Positions 1-22,616 of a DNA stretch of 64,000 nt are shown one piece after another (the stretch's first letter is position 1; each line of letters starts with the position of its first letter). The stretch is from the human T2T-CHM13v2.0 reference genome, Homo sapiens. Location of the stretch: NCBI RefSeq assembly GCF_009914755.1, contig NC_060931.1; one strand, 5' to 3'. The notes under the pieces were generated by a model. That model searched no databases. It had not been told where the DNA came from and was given only the letters and a program-made list of their open reading frames with translations. The translations under genes were made by a program, and so were the position numbers.

Positions 1-1820
<1,820 letters not shown>

Positions 1821-2096
1821 TAAGTCCGCTTTTCCATGTGAATTTTGGAATCTTCTACAAAAAGATGAGAACTTTGAAAACAGTGTCAAACCTTTATCTC
1901 CCATCCTTTGTGTTTCCATATGAATTTTAGAATCAGTTTGCCAATTTTTTACAATAAGATGAGAACTTCAAATAAAAATGTCAGACTTTTATGTGAATTT
2001 TAGGTCCCAAACCATTTTAAAGATTAAAACACATACATTAAGTCAAGTGTGTTTGGCATGCAAAAAAGTACAAAGACATAAAGAAATTGAGACCCA

Positions 2097-2400
<304 letters not shown>

Positions 2401-2571
2401 CAAGACCCAAAGTCTTTAAGAGCTTCTGGTAAAATGTACATCCCGTACCTCATGGGGCTGTTTTACCAGGAGAATGCAGTTACATAGGATTTTCATGTGG
2501 ATTCTCTCAGAGAAGCCAGGCCACTGCATTGCAAGATACGTCTCATCTTCATTCCCGGGTTTTGTATCTAG

Positions 2572-2902
<331 letters not shown>

Positions 2903-3149
2903 TATTTTAGTAGTTGTAACACATGAACTATGTTCCTCTTTGTCTAGCTTGGGACATTTTTTGACCGCAATGCTGTGAATAGGACATCTATTTTATATAA
3001 ATGCTTACCCCTTGCAGGTGTCCTTGAACGTTTATACCTTCCTCTCCTCTCCCTTGCCTACAAGAGACATTTTTTAATAATATACTTCCATTGGTTATTT
3101 TCTGTATGTGTGGGTCAGAGGACATAGAGAAGTTCAACTCAGTTTTGTG

Positions 3150-3310
3150 CAGTTCTAGCAAATATAAATGTAAAACCAAAAACTATAACCCTTCTAGAAG
3201 AAAATATAGAAGATGCTTGTTACTTGGGTTAGGCAAAGATTTCTTGGGTATGACAAAAGCACAATCCATGAAAAACAGGTTGACAAGCTCAAAATGTAAT
3301 AGTTTATTTC
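3150..3310 (+). mobile_element. L1 ORF2-region fragment
   Basis: aaactataacccttctagaagaaaatatag...ggcaaagatttcttgggtatgaca resembles L1 ORF2. Confidence 0.7.
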
Positions 3311-3515
3311 CAGATTAGGATGGTATCCATTTATTTTCCCAGAGAACACTGACCTTATGGGGTAGTCATGGAAAGAGAATAGACACCGAGCCTGGTGGAC
3401 ACTGGTTTCTGCATGCTGGGTAGCCTAACTGAGCCCCTACATTTCCATTTTGAAGGCAGGAATAATACATAGAAATACAGCTCTGAGTGTTGGTGGTGTT
3501 AAAGATGATGGCACA

Positions 3516-4173
<658 letters not shown>

Positions 4174-4732
4174 TATGCTAAGTATCTTATATTTGTATCT
4201 CACTTAAACCTCATGACTGCTTAATGAGGTAGAGATTACTTGTAAAACAAGTGCCAACATACATATTTGCATCCTGATTATCAAACTTGTTTTAAATTTA
4301 ATGTGTATTTTGAAAATTTCCAAACATAAATGAAAATAAAATCATAAACTAAATCCTCATATAGCCATTTCTCAGATTCAGAAATAATTAGGATTTTGCC
4401 ACATTTGCTTTATCTGTTTTTTCTGGGTCGGGGGCAGCGGGGGAGCTGAGTGTTTTAAAGCAAACCTCAGGCCTTCTTTCATTTCATCCCTACAGATTTC
4501 AGTGTGCACTTCAGAAACGTGTGGACTTCTTCTTCTGTGATTTGCTGCCATTGTCAGACCTAATAGAATTACTAATAATTCCTTGACATGATCAGATTTC
4601 CCTGATTAACTCAAAGACATCTTTTTGCAGCTTGTTCAAATAAGAATGCAAACAAGGGCCACAGCTTGCATTAGGTTGGGTCTCTTTTAATCAGGGTGCT
4701 TAATAAACATTTGTCAAATTAGATTGCGTGTG

Positions 4733-4847
4733 ACTTTCAGAAATTATTATAATTCTGGGTCAGAATTAAACTTTGCTCTCAAAAGGCAGTTCTAGTTGCA
4801 TTAATTGTTTTCGTTTGCCAAAGGGGGTTTGTCATTTAGAGAAGACA
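4733..4847 (+). repeat. 115-bp direct duplicate shared with the SMKR1 3' UTR (5770-5884)
   Basis: Hand alignment: 5 mismatches, no gaps. Confidence 0.95.
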
Positions 4848-4964
4848 GGACGATGCAAACTGTTTGTTGTGGCTGCTATTTTGACTTATTTCCTTTTAGG
4901 AATTTTTTTTCCTTGTTCAATACAGAAATACTGAAAATGATACCAAGTTTATAAAAACTAACTC

Positions 4965-5270
<306 letters not shown>

Positions 5271-5310
5271 CTAACTTCCCTCCTCCCATATTTATATTTG
5301 TCTTTGAAAG
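5271..5310 (+). promoter_or_regulatory. SMKR1: branch point (CTAAC), polypyrimidine tract and 3' splice site of the SMKR1 last intron
   Basis: CTAAC with its A at about -37, and no AG between it and the acceptor AG at 5309-5310. Confidence 0.7.
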
Positions 5311-5505
5311 CCAGCTAAAGGGAAAAAAGGAAAAGGCCAGGGCAAGTCTCATGGGAAGAAACAGAAGAAACCAGAAGTGGACATTCTCAGCCCCGCGGCC
5401 ATGCTGAACCTCTACTACATCGCCCACAACGTCGCTGACTGCCTGCATCTGCGAGGCTTCCATTGGCCGGGTGCTCCCAAAGGAAAGAAAGGGAGAAGCA
5501 AGTGA
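5311..5505 (+). CDS. SMKR1: SMKR1 terminal coding exon (initiator ATG lies in an upstream exon outside the window)
   Basis: Acceptor tttgtctttgaaag| then an open frame [67 protein letters not shown]. This matches my recollection of the 65-aa human SMKR1 protein minus Met1. Not in the ORF track because it has no start codon here. Confidence 0.95.
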
Positions 5506-5985
5506 CAGCATTTCACAACACATCTCTGTTACAGACAACAGGACCTGGGGAAGAGAAGTCAGGATAACACAACTGTTGCCAGCAACATAGACTTTACTCC
5601 AGACGACTTGAGATGCAAATTAAGTGTGCTTTTCTGTGATGGTGGAAGATCAGGAAATGCACCTTACTTCCTCTGTTATGCCAGATATGGTTAGCCACTT
5701 TGGTTTTTTAGGAGCTATAGGATGGGAAAAGCCTGAGTAATTCCTACACAGTGTGCTGAAATTAATAGAACTTTCAGAAATTATTATAATTCTGGGTCAG
5801 GATTAAACTTTGCTCTCAGAAGGCAGTTCTAGTTGCATTAATTGTTTTCTTTTGCCAAAGAGCGTTTGTCATTTAGAGAAGACACGGCAAGAAACACTGG
5901 GTTTCCTTAGGAACATTCCTCTCTTGGGCACCATTTCCTTTTTTTTTTTTAATGGAAAATAATAAATACTTTGTTTCTATAATTT
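5506..5985 (+). other. SMKR1: SMKR1 3' UTR (end approximate)
   Basis: Unique sequence between the stop codon and the poly(A) signal. Confidence 0.8.
5961..5966 (+). terminator. SMKR1: polyadenylation signal AATAAA
   Basis: AATAAA preceded by a U-rich tract and followed by T/GT-rich sequence. Confidence 0.8.
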
Positions 5986-6103
5986 TCTTCTCAGCAGTCT
6001 GACTCTGTTTGATTTGAATTAGCCACAGGCTCCACGGATGCTAAGATGGTCACGAATGCTCTGACCCTGCCAGTCTTGCAAGCAGATGGTGAGAAGTGGC
6101 TGA

Positions 6104-6547
<444 letters not shown>

Positions 6548-7335
6548 ATCCCTCTTTTTTCCATATTTCACCTGACTCTTCTCCCTCCTTCCCTCCACAC
6601 TCTATTTCGTCCCACCTTCTGCCTACTTTGTTAAAACTTGGCTGGCCCCGAGTTATAGAATTGGTGCCAGGCACTTACTTGCCCTGGGCATTCGGCTGAT
6701 ATTCTAGATCTCCCTAGCCCTGTAAGGAGACGCCTAAGAGGTGAAACTATAGTTCTTTCTCCTCGGCCCAGAGGCCTAAATTCTCCAGATGTGAAAGCCA
6801 GCGTTTTGCAAGTGCGGACGCCGTCTTTGACTCCCTGAGCACTCCATCCTTGCCTCCTGCTCTGTCTTCCTGGCTCTTCCTGCCCCTCCTCAGCCCCTGC
6901 ACCGTTGTCTCCATTCATGGTTCTGAGCCCAAAGCTGACACACTGTAGGCAGCACCTCCGGGGATGTTCTAGTTTGTTGGAATTATAATTATGCTCCAGG
7001 TGGCCTTGTGAGGATCGCAAGGATTCATGAGGTTTGCTAAGGGAAGCTGCAACTCAGGACTCAGGATTTCATACACATCAGAGAAAAAAAGGAAGCTCCA
7101 TGAATCTCTGTGCTAGAGAAGTGGGGTGCCCATGACCCACGTGAGCCTGTTGGGAACAATACTGTTTACCTGCACCATCTGTGCAGTTTCCATAGAAGCC
7201 CTTGGCCAGTTGCCAGAGGAGCCCTCACTTGGGTGAATCTGAAGGGAGGTCTCCTCTGCTGTGTTTTCTGGTTTTGGAGACGGGGAGCACCTTCCCACCC
7301 TGTTAAGGACTGCTGAACTCACTAACTCCAGTTCA

Positions 7336-7480
7336 GCAGTTCTCACACTTGAGTGTGCCTCTCGGTCACCTAGAACACTTGGCCAAGTGCAGATTGCTGG
7401 GCCCTACCCTCGCAGGAAGGATGGGGCTCAGGGATTTGCGTTTCTGGTACGCTGGCAGGTTATGCTGGTGCTGCCCAGCC
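7336..7480. mobile_element. MER5A-like hAT-Charlie fragment
   Basis: gcagttctcacacttgagtgtgc...tgcagattgctgggccctaccc. Confidence 0.6.
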
Positions 7481-7665
7481 ACACAGGTAGAGAGCTGCCG
7501 CTCCAGTTAATGCTGCCTACCCAGAAGCTAAAAGGCTTAGTGGAATCCGAACCTGTGGGATGTGTAATGTCCTTTCCTGCCTCACCTGGGTTCAGGAGCG
7601 TGTATTTGAGTAGCTGGTTATTGGAAGTTTGGGGAGAAGGCAGCTGCAAAGCTTCCTTTTGATCC

Positions 7666-7843
7666 CTGACTGCCCGCACCTGCAAGGCTTCCATTGGCCG
7701 GGTGCTCCCAAGGGAAAGGGAGAAGCAAGTGACAGCATTTCACAACACGTCTCTGTTACAGAGAACAGGGCTTGGGGAAGAAAAGTCAGGATAACACAGC
7801 TATTGCCAGCAGCACAGACTTTACTCCAGACGACTTGAAATGC
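7666..7843 (+). pseudogene. partial duplicate of the SMKR1 last exon (copy of 5435-5616)
   Basis: Hand alignment: 14 substitutions and a 4-bp frameshifting deletion; encodes [17 protein letters not shown]; no splice acceptor. Confidence 0.92.
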
Positions 7844-8303
7844 TGCTCATCTGTAGCACAGATACAGGCATTTACAGGCTAACAAGGTCTGAAAGTGGTC
7901 ATGCTCTTTTCTTTTGAGATGATGAAATGATGAGCCAGGACTGTGAGTGCTGGGATGGGGGAAGCACTGGTCTGATTGGCCGGGGCACCGTGACTCAAGG
8001 CTCACCCCAGTTTAGCAGACTGCCTGAGGCTGTCTCAGTATTGTGCTCACTGGACCCCTGGGGTTCTGAGAGAAGCCATAAGAAATTTTGGGTTCTAATA
8101 GCCATGCTCTAGTGTTACCACATATACATAAAGTCATAAACATTACACACACGCTATATAAAGGTTATGATGCATTTTACTTTTTGAGAATTTTTTTTTT
8201 ATTTTGGTGAAACGCTAAAAACTTTTTTCAACAAAAGCTATTTCAATACATTAATTGAGCATCTACTGTGCTTGGCACAAAGACAGCAAGACAGAATCCC
8301 TAC

Positions 8304-8670
8304 TGATAAGATTTGGCTGTGTCCCCGGCCAAATCTCATATTGAATTGTAGCTCCTGTAATTTCCACGTGTTGTGGGAGGGTTTTGTGGGAGATAATTGA
8401 ATCACGGCGGCAGTTTTCCCCATACTGTTCTCATGGTAGTGAATAAGTCTCACGAGATCTGATGGTTTTATAAGGGGTTTCCCCTTTCACTTGGCTCTCA
8501 TTCTGTTTTGTCTGCTGCTGTGGCCGTGTGAGATGTGCCTTTCACCTTCCACTGTGATTGTGAGGCCTCCCCAGCCACGTGGAACTGTGAGTCTGTTAAA
8601 CCTCTTTTTCTTTATAAGTTACCTAGTCTTGGGTGTGTCTTTATCAGCAGCATGAGAACAGACAAATACA
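8304..8670 (+). mobile_element. THE1 (C/D-like) MaLR solo LTR inserted in an L2 fragment
   Basis: TG...CA termini; tttggctgtgtcccc..ccaaatctcat start; 5-bp TSD cctac/cttac. Confidence 0.85.
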
Positions 8671-8955
8671 CTTACCCTCAAGGAGCTTCCAGTCTGGTCA
8701 AGAAGGCTACTACCCAGATTAACAGAGGGCAACTAAGTTTCTATTTCAACTTTGATAAAGTACATTCATGATGCAATTTATGAAGGTGATTAAGAGGAGG
8801 GTGGGATTAAGACCTCTGGAGGACATCCGGAGGATATCTGATGATAAAATATATACTTGAACCCTGCTGTTTTTACTTCCCCTAAACTCAAATTGGCAAG
8901 AATCCTGATTCTTGCTGCTTTTAAAGATTCAAAGAGGAGCTTGTGAAAGGCACAG

Positions 8956-10240
<1,285 letters not shown>

Positions 10241-10504
10241 AGTGATAGGTACGTCCACATACAGGTCATGAGGGCTACCTGGAGGAGGCAACAGCTGAAG
10301 TGAAGGCCTTGCTGTGAAGCTATGGGGGCTTTTTATGAGGAAGGCTCTATGCAAGGGTGAGGATGGATATGGGGCTTGATGGTTAGAAAGTGGGAGAGAA
10401 GGGAACGGTGACTGCAGGAATAGAAAAAATGTCCACAGAGGAGGAAGGAGGACATGGCAGTCACATGTGGATGGGGAATTTTCCATTACAAATCTGATGA
10501 TAGA

Positions 10505-11320
10505 ATCCAAAGAGACAGTGACAAGTGTCAGCGAGGGTGGGAAAAATTGCAACCCTCATGCGTTGCTGGTGGGGATATAAAATGGAGCCGCTGTGGAAGA
10601 CAGTTTGGCAGCCACTCAGAACTAAGTAGAGTTACCATACAGCTCAGCAATTCTACTCCCAGGTACACGCCCAGAGAACTGAACACACGGTCACACAACA
10701 TCTTGTACATAAGCCAAGCACAGTGGTGCTCGCCTATAGTCCCAGCTACTCAGGAGGCTGAGGCCAGAGGGTATCTTGAACCCAGGAGTTCGAGGCCAGC
10801 CTGAATAACACAGCAAGACCCTGTCTCAAAGATACCAAAAAAACAAAGCAAAACTTACATACAAATGTTTATTACAGCATTCTTCATAATAGCCAAAAAG
10901 TGAAAACAACCCAAATGCCCATCAACAACAGATAAAATGGGGTCTCTCCATACAATGGAATATTATTTAAACATAAAAAGGAATGAAATGGTGATATGTG
11001 CTACACCGCATAGATGAACCTTGAAAACACCGTGCTAAGTGAAAGACGCCAGATACAGAGGCCACATATTGTGTGATTCCATTTAGATGAAATACTCACA
11101 CAGACAAAGCCCTAGAGACAGGACGTGGATTAGTGAGTGCCAGGGGGAAATGAGAAGTAGTGGCTGCTAATGGGTCTTTAACCTTTGGGTCCTTTTTTGC
11201 GTGGTAAACATGTTCTGGAATTCAATAGTAGTGACGGTTGCATAACCTTGTGACTATACTAAAAACCACTAAGCTGTACATTTAAAAGGGTGAATTTGAT
11301 GGTATGTGAATCATGTCTCA
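10505..11320 (+). mobile_element. L1MB-type 3' end containing an Alu monomer (10712-10850)
   Basis: cagcaattctactcccagg, aacaacccaaatgcccatcaac, gatgaaccttgaaaacaccgtgctaagtgaaag. Confidence 0.85.
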
Positions 11321-11586
11321 AGCTGATGACAACTAGAAAAGGTCCAACAAGACTGAGAGAGAAAGAGGAGGCAAGTCCCAGATACCAGAGCAGGTGGCCC
11401 CAACAGAGACGAGGCCACGGAAGAGGGAACAGGGCCCGGTCAGACCCCTGCAGCCAGATCCTGGGACAGAGAAACTTGGGAGCTGTGGCAGGAGGGACCA
11501 CAGACCCAAGGTGTCTGCAGACCTGAGGGAGGACTGACGATGTTCCTGCCAGGGCTGAACTCATCTTAAAAGAAAAAAAAAAAAAA

Positions 11587-12658
<1,072 letters not shown>

Positions 12659-13026
12659 TCTTTGATATTTTAAACAGGTAGCTTTGCACTCTAACTCCAG
12701 GCATGTTCCTGCTGTGATTGTTACTCTGTGGCTGTCTGTCAAGGGCCCACCTTGCTGGGAGAGATGTGGTTTCCACTCTTGCTACACCCTTCTCCTCTCC
12801 CCCAATACCCTCCAGCGACCTCTGTTTTGACAAGTCTGGGCATGGCCCTGTCTCCCACCTCCATTCTGCTCCCATTCTGTCCTCTCTTTTTGTTCTCGTT
12901 TTCCTTGTTTGCCATATTCCCTGAATACAAAATCACCAGGGCTTCACTGGCTTCATGGTAAATCCCTCTGCAGGTCTCAACTCCAAGGTCACTTCCTCGG
13001 CAACATCTTCTCATGGTCAGGCCCAC

Positions 13027-13275
13027 TGTCTTAGTCCCTTCCCGCTGCTATGACATAATACCTGGGCCTGGATAACGGATCAAAACAGAAATTTACTTCC
13101 CACAGTTCTGGCAGCTGTGAAGCCCAAGGTCAAGGTGCCAGCAGGTTCAGTATCTGGTGAGGGCTGCTCTCTGCTTTCAAGATGTCACCTTATTGCTGCA
13201 TTCTTTGGAGTGGAGAAATGCTATGTCCTCATATGGAGGAAGGTAGAAGGGCAAGTGGCCAAATGCTACATGAAG

Positions 13276-13307
<32 letters not shown>

Positions 13308-13727
13308 GAGACAGAGTCTCACTCTGTGCCCAGGCTGGAGTGCAGTGGTGTGAAATCGGCTCACTGCAAACTCCACCTCCCAGCTTTATGAAATTCTCTG
13401 CCTCAGCCTCCCGAATAGCTGGTATTACAGGTGCGTGCCACCACGCCTGCTAATTTTTTGTATTTTTAGTAGAGACGAGGTTTCAGCATCTTGGCCAAGC
13501 TGGTCTTGAACTCCTGACCTCGTGATCCACCCGCCTTGTCCTTGCAAAGTGCTGGGATTACAGGTGTGAGCCACCATGCCCCGCCACATGAAGCCTCTTT
13601 TATAAGGACCTTAATCCATCCCGTGGGAGGAACCCTCAAGTTCTAATCACCTCTTAAAGGCCCCACATCTTAATACTATCACATTGGCAATGCCAGGTTT
13701 TTGGAGGGGACACATTCAAACCATAGC
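13027..13727 (-). mobile_element. MaLR LTR (MST/MLT1A-like) containing an Alu (13279-13584, -)
   Basis: tgtcttagtc..cagaaatttacttcccacagttctgg..cacattcaaaccatagca; Alu TSD acatgaagcctcttttt. Confidence 0.8.
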
Positions 13728-14131
13728 ACCTGCCTTCCCCAAACCACCCCAAATCCCTTGGTATCTGTGCTTCTATTCCTTCACTTCACCAAAACTTTTC
13801 TCAAGTCACCAGTGACTTCCTGGTTTTCGGTCCAGTGGGCTTTTCTCCATCCTTTTAATTCTTTGCTTTATCCTTCAACTTACGTGTTCTCAGCACCTCC
13901 CATCTGGCAGGTGCTGGGCTGAGGGTTAGAAGAGAGAGACGGCTCTGGTCCCTGGCCACTTATCCAGCCTGATGCTTCCCCTCCTCTTCCTCTTCACAGG
14001 GAAATTGGAGGCTCTCAGGACTGAATAGGTCCCCTCCACTCTGCCTGCTTCCACCCTCACATGGTCTCCAGGAAGACTCTGTTTTTGAACTGACTTCCAC
14101 TTGGCTTTGGAATCCTTTCTCCCTCATTTCA

Positions 14132-14777
<646 letters not shown>

Positions 14778-15279
14778 TACACAGGGAACACTTGGGAAAA
14801 ACAAGAACCACAAATAAGACAATTAGAATCACCCCAAGTCCCGCCCATCTACAGCTAAGTTCTGTCAGCCATTTGTCACATTTGGTGTATACTCAGGCTG
14901 TTTTCTACGTGCTGGTTATGAGTGTATCTCCATGTACACGAGGGTACACATTTTTATTCTAGGGCAAGTCTGTCTTCTGCATTTTCGAGCTCTTCCTCCC
15001 TGCCAGCTCCTTCCTCATAGCCTGGAAAAGAGAGACTCTTTTCCCCACTTTTTAATGCAAGAATCTGGGGCTCATTGAAGTTAGGAGTGAGGGTGGTCCA
15101 AAGACTTGTGGACCAGTAAGAATTGCACATTCATTAAATGAGTGTTTATCAAGGGCCTGTGTGTGCCAGGTACTGGGCGACAGACATGAGGCCAAGAGAC
15201 ATATGGTCCTGTTCTCCTGAGGCTGCAGTCTACGCGGAGCTGAAGGTGAGTAGGTATCAGTTGGTGCTGCTTGGTGTAC

Positions 15280-15482
15280 CAGCACTGTCCAGGAGAATCA
15301 TCTCTGATAATGGAGATGTTCTATGTTGCACGGTCCATCACAGGCTCGAACACGTGGGGCTGCTGAGCATGACATGTGGTCAGTGCGACTGAAGATCTGA
15401 ATGTCTCATATGGTTTAATTGTAATTCATTCAAATTTAAGTAGCCGCATGTGGCTAGCGGCTATTGTATCAGACAGCGCAGA
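15280..15482. mobile_element. MER3-like hAT-Charlie element next to an L2 fragment (about 15125-15260)
   Basis: Termini cagcactgtcc...gacagcgcag; tagccgcatgtggctagcggcta. Confidence 0.7.
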
Positions 15483-16489
15483 GCTACCTGCGGAAATGCT
15501 CTGACACAGTTGGGGAGGGGGAGAGAGGCAGGAAGATGTTACTGAGGAAGGGATGTTGGAGTTGAGAGCTGGAGAGGGATTTACCACGAAGCCAGCAAAG
15601 CCGTGGCCGTTTTGTGTCATGCTGTTGTGTTCTTTTTCTTAAAGAAAGTCCCCAAGCTCTAGGCCCCACAAAACCTGGCTCTGCCCCTGGACTAAGTTAG
15701 ACAGGGCCAGAGCACGTGCAAAGGCACGAAGAAGGGAGCGTGGCAGAGCGAAGGGACTGAACAGAGCAGTGACTGGGGGAGGGGGCGACGAGAACCTTGT
15801 GGAATCCCAGTAGACCCCTTCAGGCCAGCCTGGTGGCTCCAGGATCCCAGCCGGCACCAAGGACAGCAGCAGCAGCGTGGTGACTCCTCGTTCCTGAGCT
15901 GCTGTAGTGAGAGGGCAGACTCCGCGAGCAGCGGCTGCCTGGTCCTCTTGGCTCTGCACCGCTTTCTCCCCCTGTGAGTTCTGCCTTCTGTCGGTTTCAG
16001 CGTCTCTACCACCACAGCTTGTTGTGATCCTCCGGGATCCCCTGTGACTCCTGCTTTACTTTCTGGTCTCTGTCTTTGCTTGCGTTGAGCTCCAGCTTCC
16101 TCTCCTAAATGCCTTATTCTCAGGGTTTGACAGGAGCAAGAGTCTGATTGACCACCCTTGTCTTTCGGGGCCAGGCTGTGTCGTGGCAGCCACTGAATGA
16201 GCTGTGGGGGTCCGGGGCTTCCCACCCCCATCAGCTATGCCTGAGGGTGGCAACGGTCAGGACCTGCAAAATACCCACCCAGGAATCTGCCTTGGGGTTG
16301 GGGCATGGGGACCACAGATTGCATGAGGGTTTGCTTCTGTCTCTTTGTCTCTCCCTCAGGCTGAAGTCTATCCCTTTAGAGTAAAGATCCTGGGAAGAAC
16401 TTGCTTACTCTTTGGTCTTTTTCCTTTACTTCCTCACCTTTCTGTCACACATTTTTTTCCTCTCACTTTTTTTTGGTTACCACCTTTGT

Positions 16490-17270
<781 letters not shown>

Positions 17271-17612
17271 TCTGGCTTTATGAATTAACATTTTGTGACA
17301 TTTATTTATACACACTCTTCATATACGTATATATTATATGTAGATATCATACAATGCATATATGTATATATACACATAAAACATTTACATGAAGAAATTT
17401 GCATCCATGCAGTATTATTTAATGTATACTCTGTATTCACTATTCACTTTTTCCTAATTATCCCAATAATGTTTTTAATGGATTTTTTGATCAATGATCC
17501 AGATGATCCAGTCAAGGATCATATTGCATTTAGCTGTTATGTCTCTTTAGTATCTGGTAATCTGAAACAGTTCCCTCCTTTTTGTGGGGGGAGGAGTCTT
17601 TTATGACATTGA

Positions 17613-18283
<671 letters not shown>

Positions 18284-19058
18284 TGCTCCTCTGCCTTTTC
18301 AACCCATTGCATTTGGACATCTGCCCCCACTGCTCCAGTGGAGCAGCTTCATAGCTGCCTTTGTTCCATCAGTTCTAAGAGTCCATGGCTTTTAAGCCAT
18401 TCCGTCACTTTATGTACCACTAAGAGAGAAGGAAGAAAAACACCCCAACGGTGTTTTTCACCCCATTTCACCCTTCTCAGCTCCTCCCACAACTTAGCTC
18501 CTCCTCTTCCTTCTGCCCCTAAAGGAAGGGAGGTCATTCCTGCGGTTCCTAACTCTGTTTAACAATGAAGTGCCATCTGTGGTGTGAGACATCGAGACAT
18601 CGTGTTCAAGTGTGAAAGGGGGTCTTCGAATGGATGAAATTTGGTAATTGCCAAGGCAAATCCCCTGTTTTCACTCACTCCCGTCTTGCAACTCTGTCCT
18701 CTCTTGGTTGCTTTGACACCTTCTCTCTGGCTCTCCTCCTGTCTCTGACTGTTCCTCTACATCCTTTTGCTTCTCCTCTTCCTGTGGTCTCCACTGATGT
18801 GTTGGTCTCCCTGTGGCCCCCCTACCTCGGCTGTGCTCTGTACCTCTTCCCCCAACCCTTCACTGGCCTGTGCAGATGGGACCAGGGTGGGATCATGGGC
18901 TATACAACCACAGCTGGATGAACCAGACTTTCTCTCTGGAGCCATGAAGATGGCTGTGGAAAATCAGGGAGATGTCCTGCCTGATTTGGGGAGTGGAGAA
19001 TTTGGGACTAGGGCTCAGAAGAGAGGTGTTGGCTGGGGGGTAGATTTAGGCACTGTCA

Positions 19059-19440
<382 letters not shown>

Positions 19441-19709
19441 GGAGTTAGGAACCGCAGGAACAACCTCCCTTCCTTTAGGGGCAGAAGGAAGAGGAGGAGC
19501 TGTGAAAGTTGTGGGAGGAGCTGGGAAGGGTGAGGAGCCTGGAGAGGCATTTGTGGAAGAAAAGGAGGGTCTGCGGGGCCACGCACATTGCAGAGACGCC
19601 AGGGAGGATGAGGGACGGGGACAAGGACAAGGGTCCTCATCAGGCTCTGCTGAAAAATAGGAGCTGAGAGTAAATGTGGAAAGGAAGAACCAGGACCTTC
19701 AGCCGGTGC

Positions 19710-19710
<1 letters not shown>

Positions 19711-19743
<33 letters not shown>
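19711..19743. repeat. (AAT)11 microsatellite
   Basis: Read directly. Confidence 0.95.
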
Positions 19744-19746
<3 letters not shown>

Positions 19747-20413
19747 GGCACAGACACCTCCTGGTCTCTGAATGCTGGCCTGAGCTGTGCTGAAGCAGGC
19801 ATGGCCAGTGCGTGCCCCCTCTCTGGGCCTCGGGAGGATGCAGGGGTGTCCTGAGTGGCCGTCAGAACCTAGAGATGCAGCCAGTTTGAAGCAGCGTCCC
19901 TGGAGTGGCTGCTGCTCCTGGAGACTGGGCAGAAGTGCAGGCAGAGCCACTGCTGCTGGGCTAGTGGGAGTGCGGCCTGTCCTGTCAGATGGACAGAGTG
20001 GACGTGGTTTTGATTTCTCTTCACCTGATGTTTCTTATCACACACAATCCCCGTTGGCCATTGGTCTTTAAAAGCAACAGTGGGGGTTGGGGAGAGGTAC
20101 ACTGTTCCCCTGCCTCAACACTTCCATGACGCCCATCCCGTTGCTCTTGGGATGAGACATGGGCCCACAAGTCCTGAGTGGCCTGGCCCTGCCCAGCCCC
20201 CACCCCGCTAGCCCTTCCTCACCCTCCTCCTCGCAGTCCAGTCACCCAAGCTCCCTTCTGCCTCTGCCCACCACACTGGTCTCCCTTCCCTCTGCCTAAC
20301 TCCCGTTCATCCTCCAGCTCAGCTTTCTGTCCTCCAAGAGCAGCCCTCCCCGAGCCCTGGCAGGCAGGTCACCTGGCTACCTACACTCTTCAGTGCCCTG
20401 CATTTCCTCATAC

Positions 20414-21845
<1,432 letters not shown>

Positions 21846-22199
21846 TAATGAATTTTTTAAAATTCAGAAAACAATTTAAAAAAGCACAAGGCTGAGAGAC
21901 AGCTGGCATCAGGAGCTGGGTGGAAGAAGAGGTGGCATGATTGGTACTTATTCCTCAACTTGCTGTTTCTGTGCACTGTGTTTAATTTCTCCAGCCGCCT
22001 GTAGAGGTGTCCAAAGCCTTTGGGATGCCTGAACAAAGCACGGAGCTTCAAGTCTCAAAACTCTTCTTAATCTCTGATCGCATTTGTTTCTGCACCTCCA
22101 ACTCCTAGAGAAATTGTTGAAATAAGATGTCGGTCGTGAAATATTTTCTTTTGATTAGTGCTTACATTTATCAAAATGCAATTCATAATTCAGCATTTA

Positions 22200-22616
<417 letters not shown>

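Noticed and set aside
21975-22110. Strong-looking acceptor tttaatttctccag
   Set aside because: All frames stop within 40 codons; no good donor or recognisable peptide
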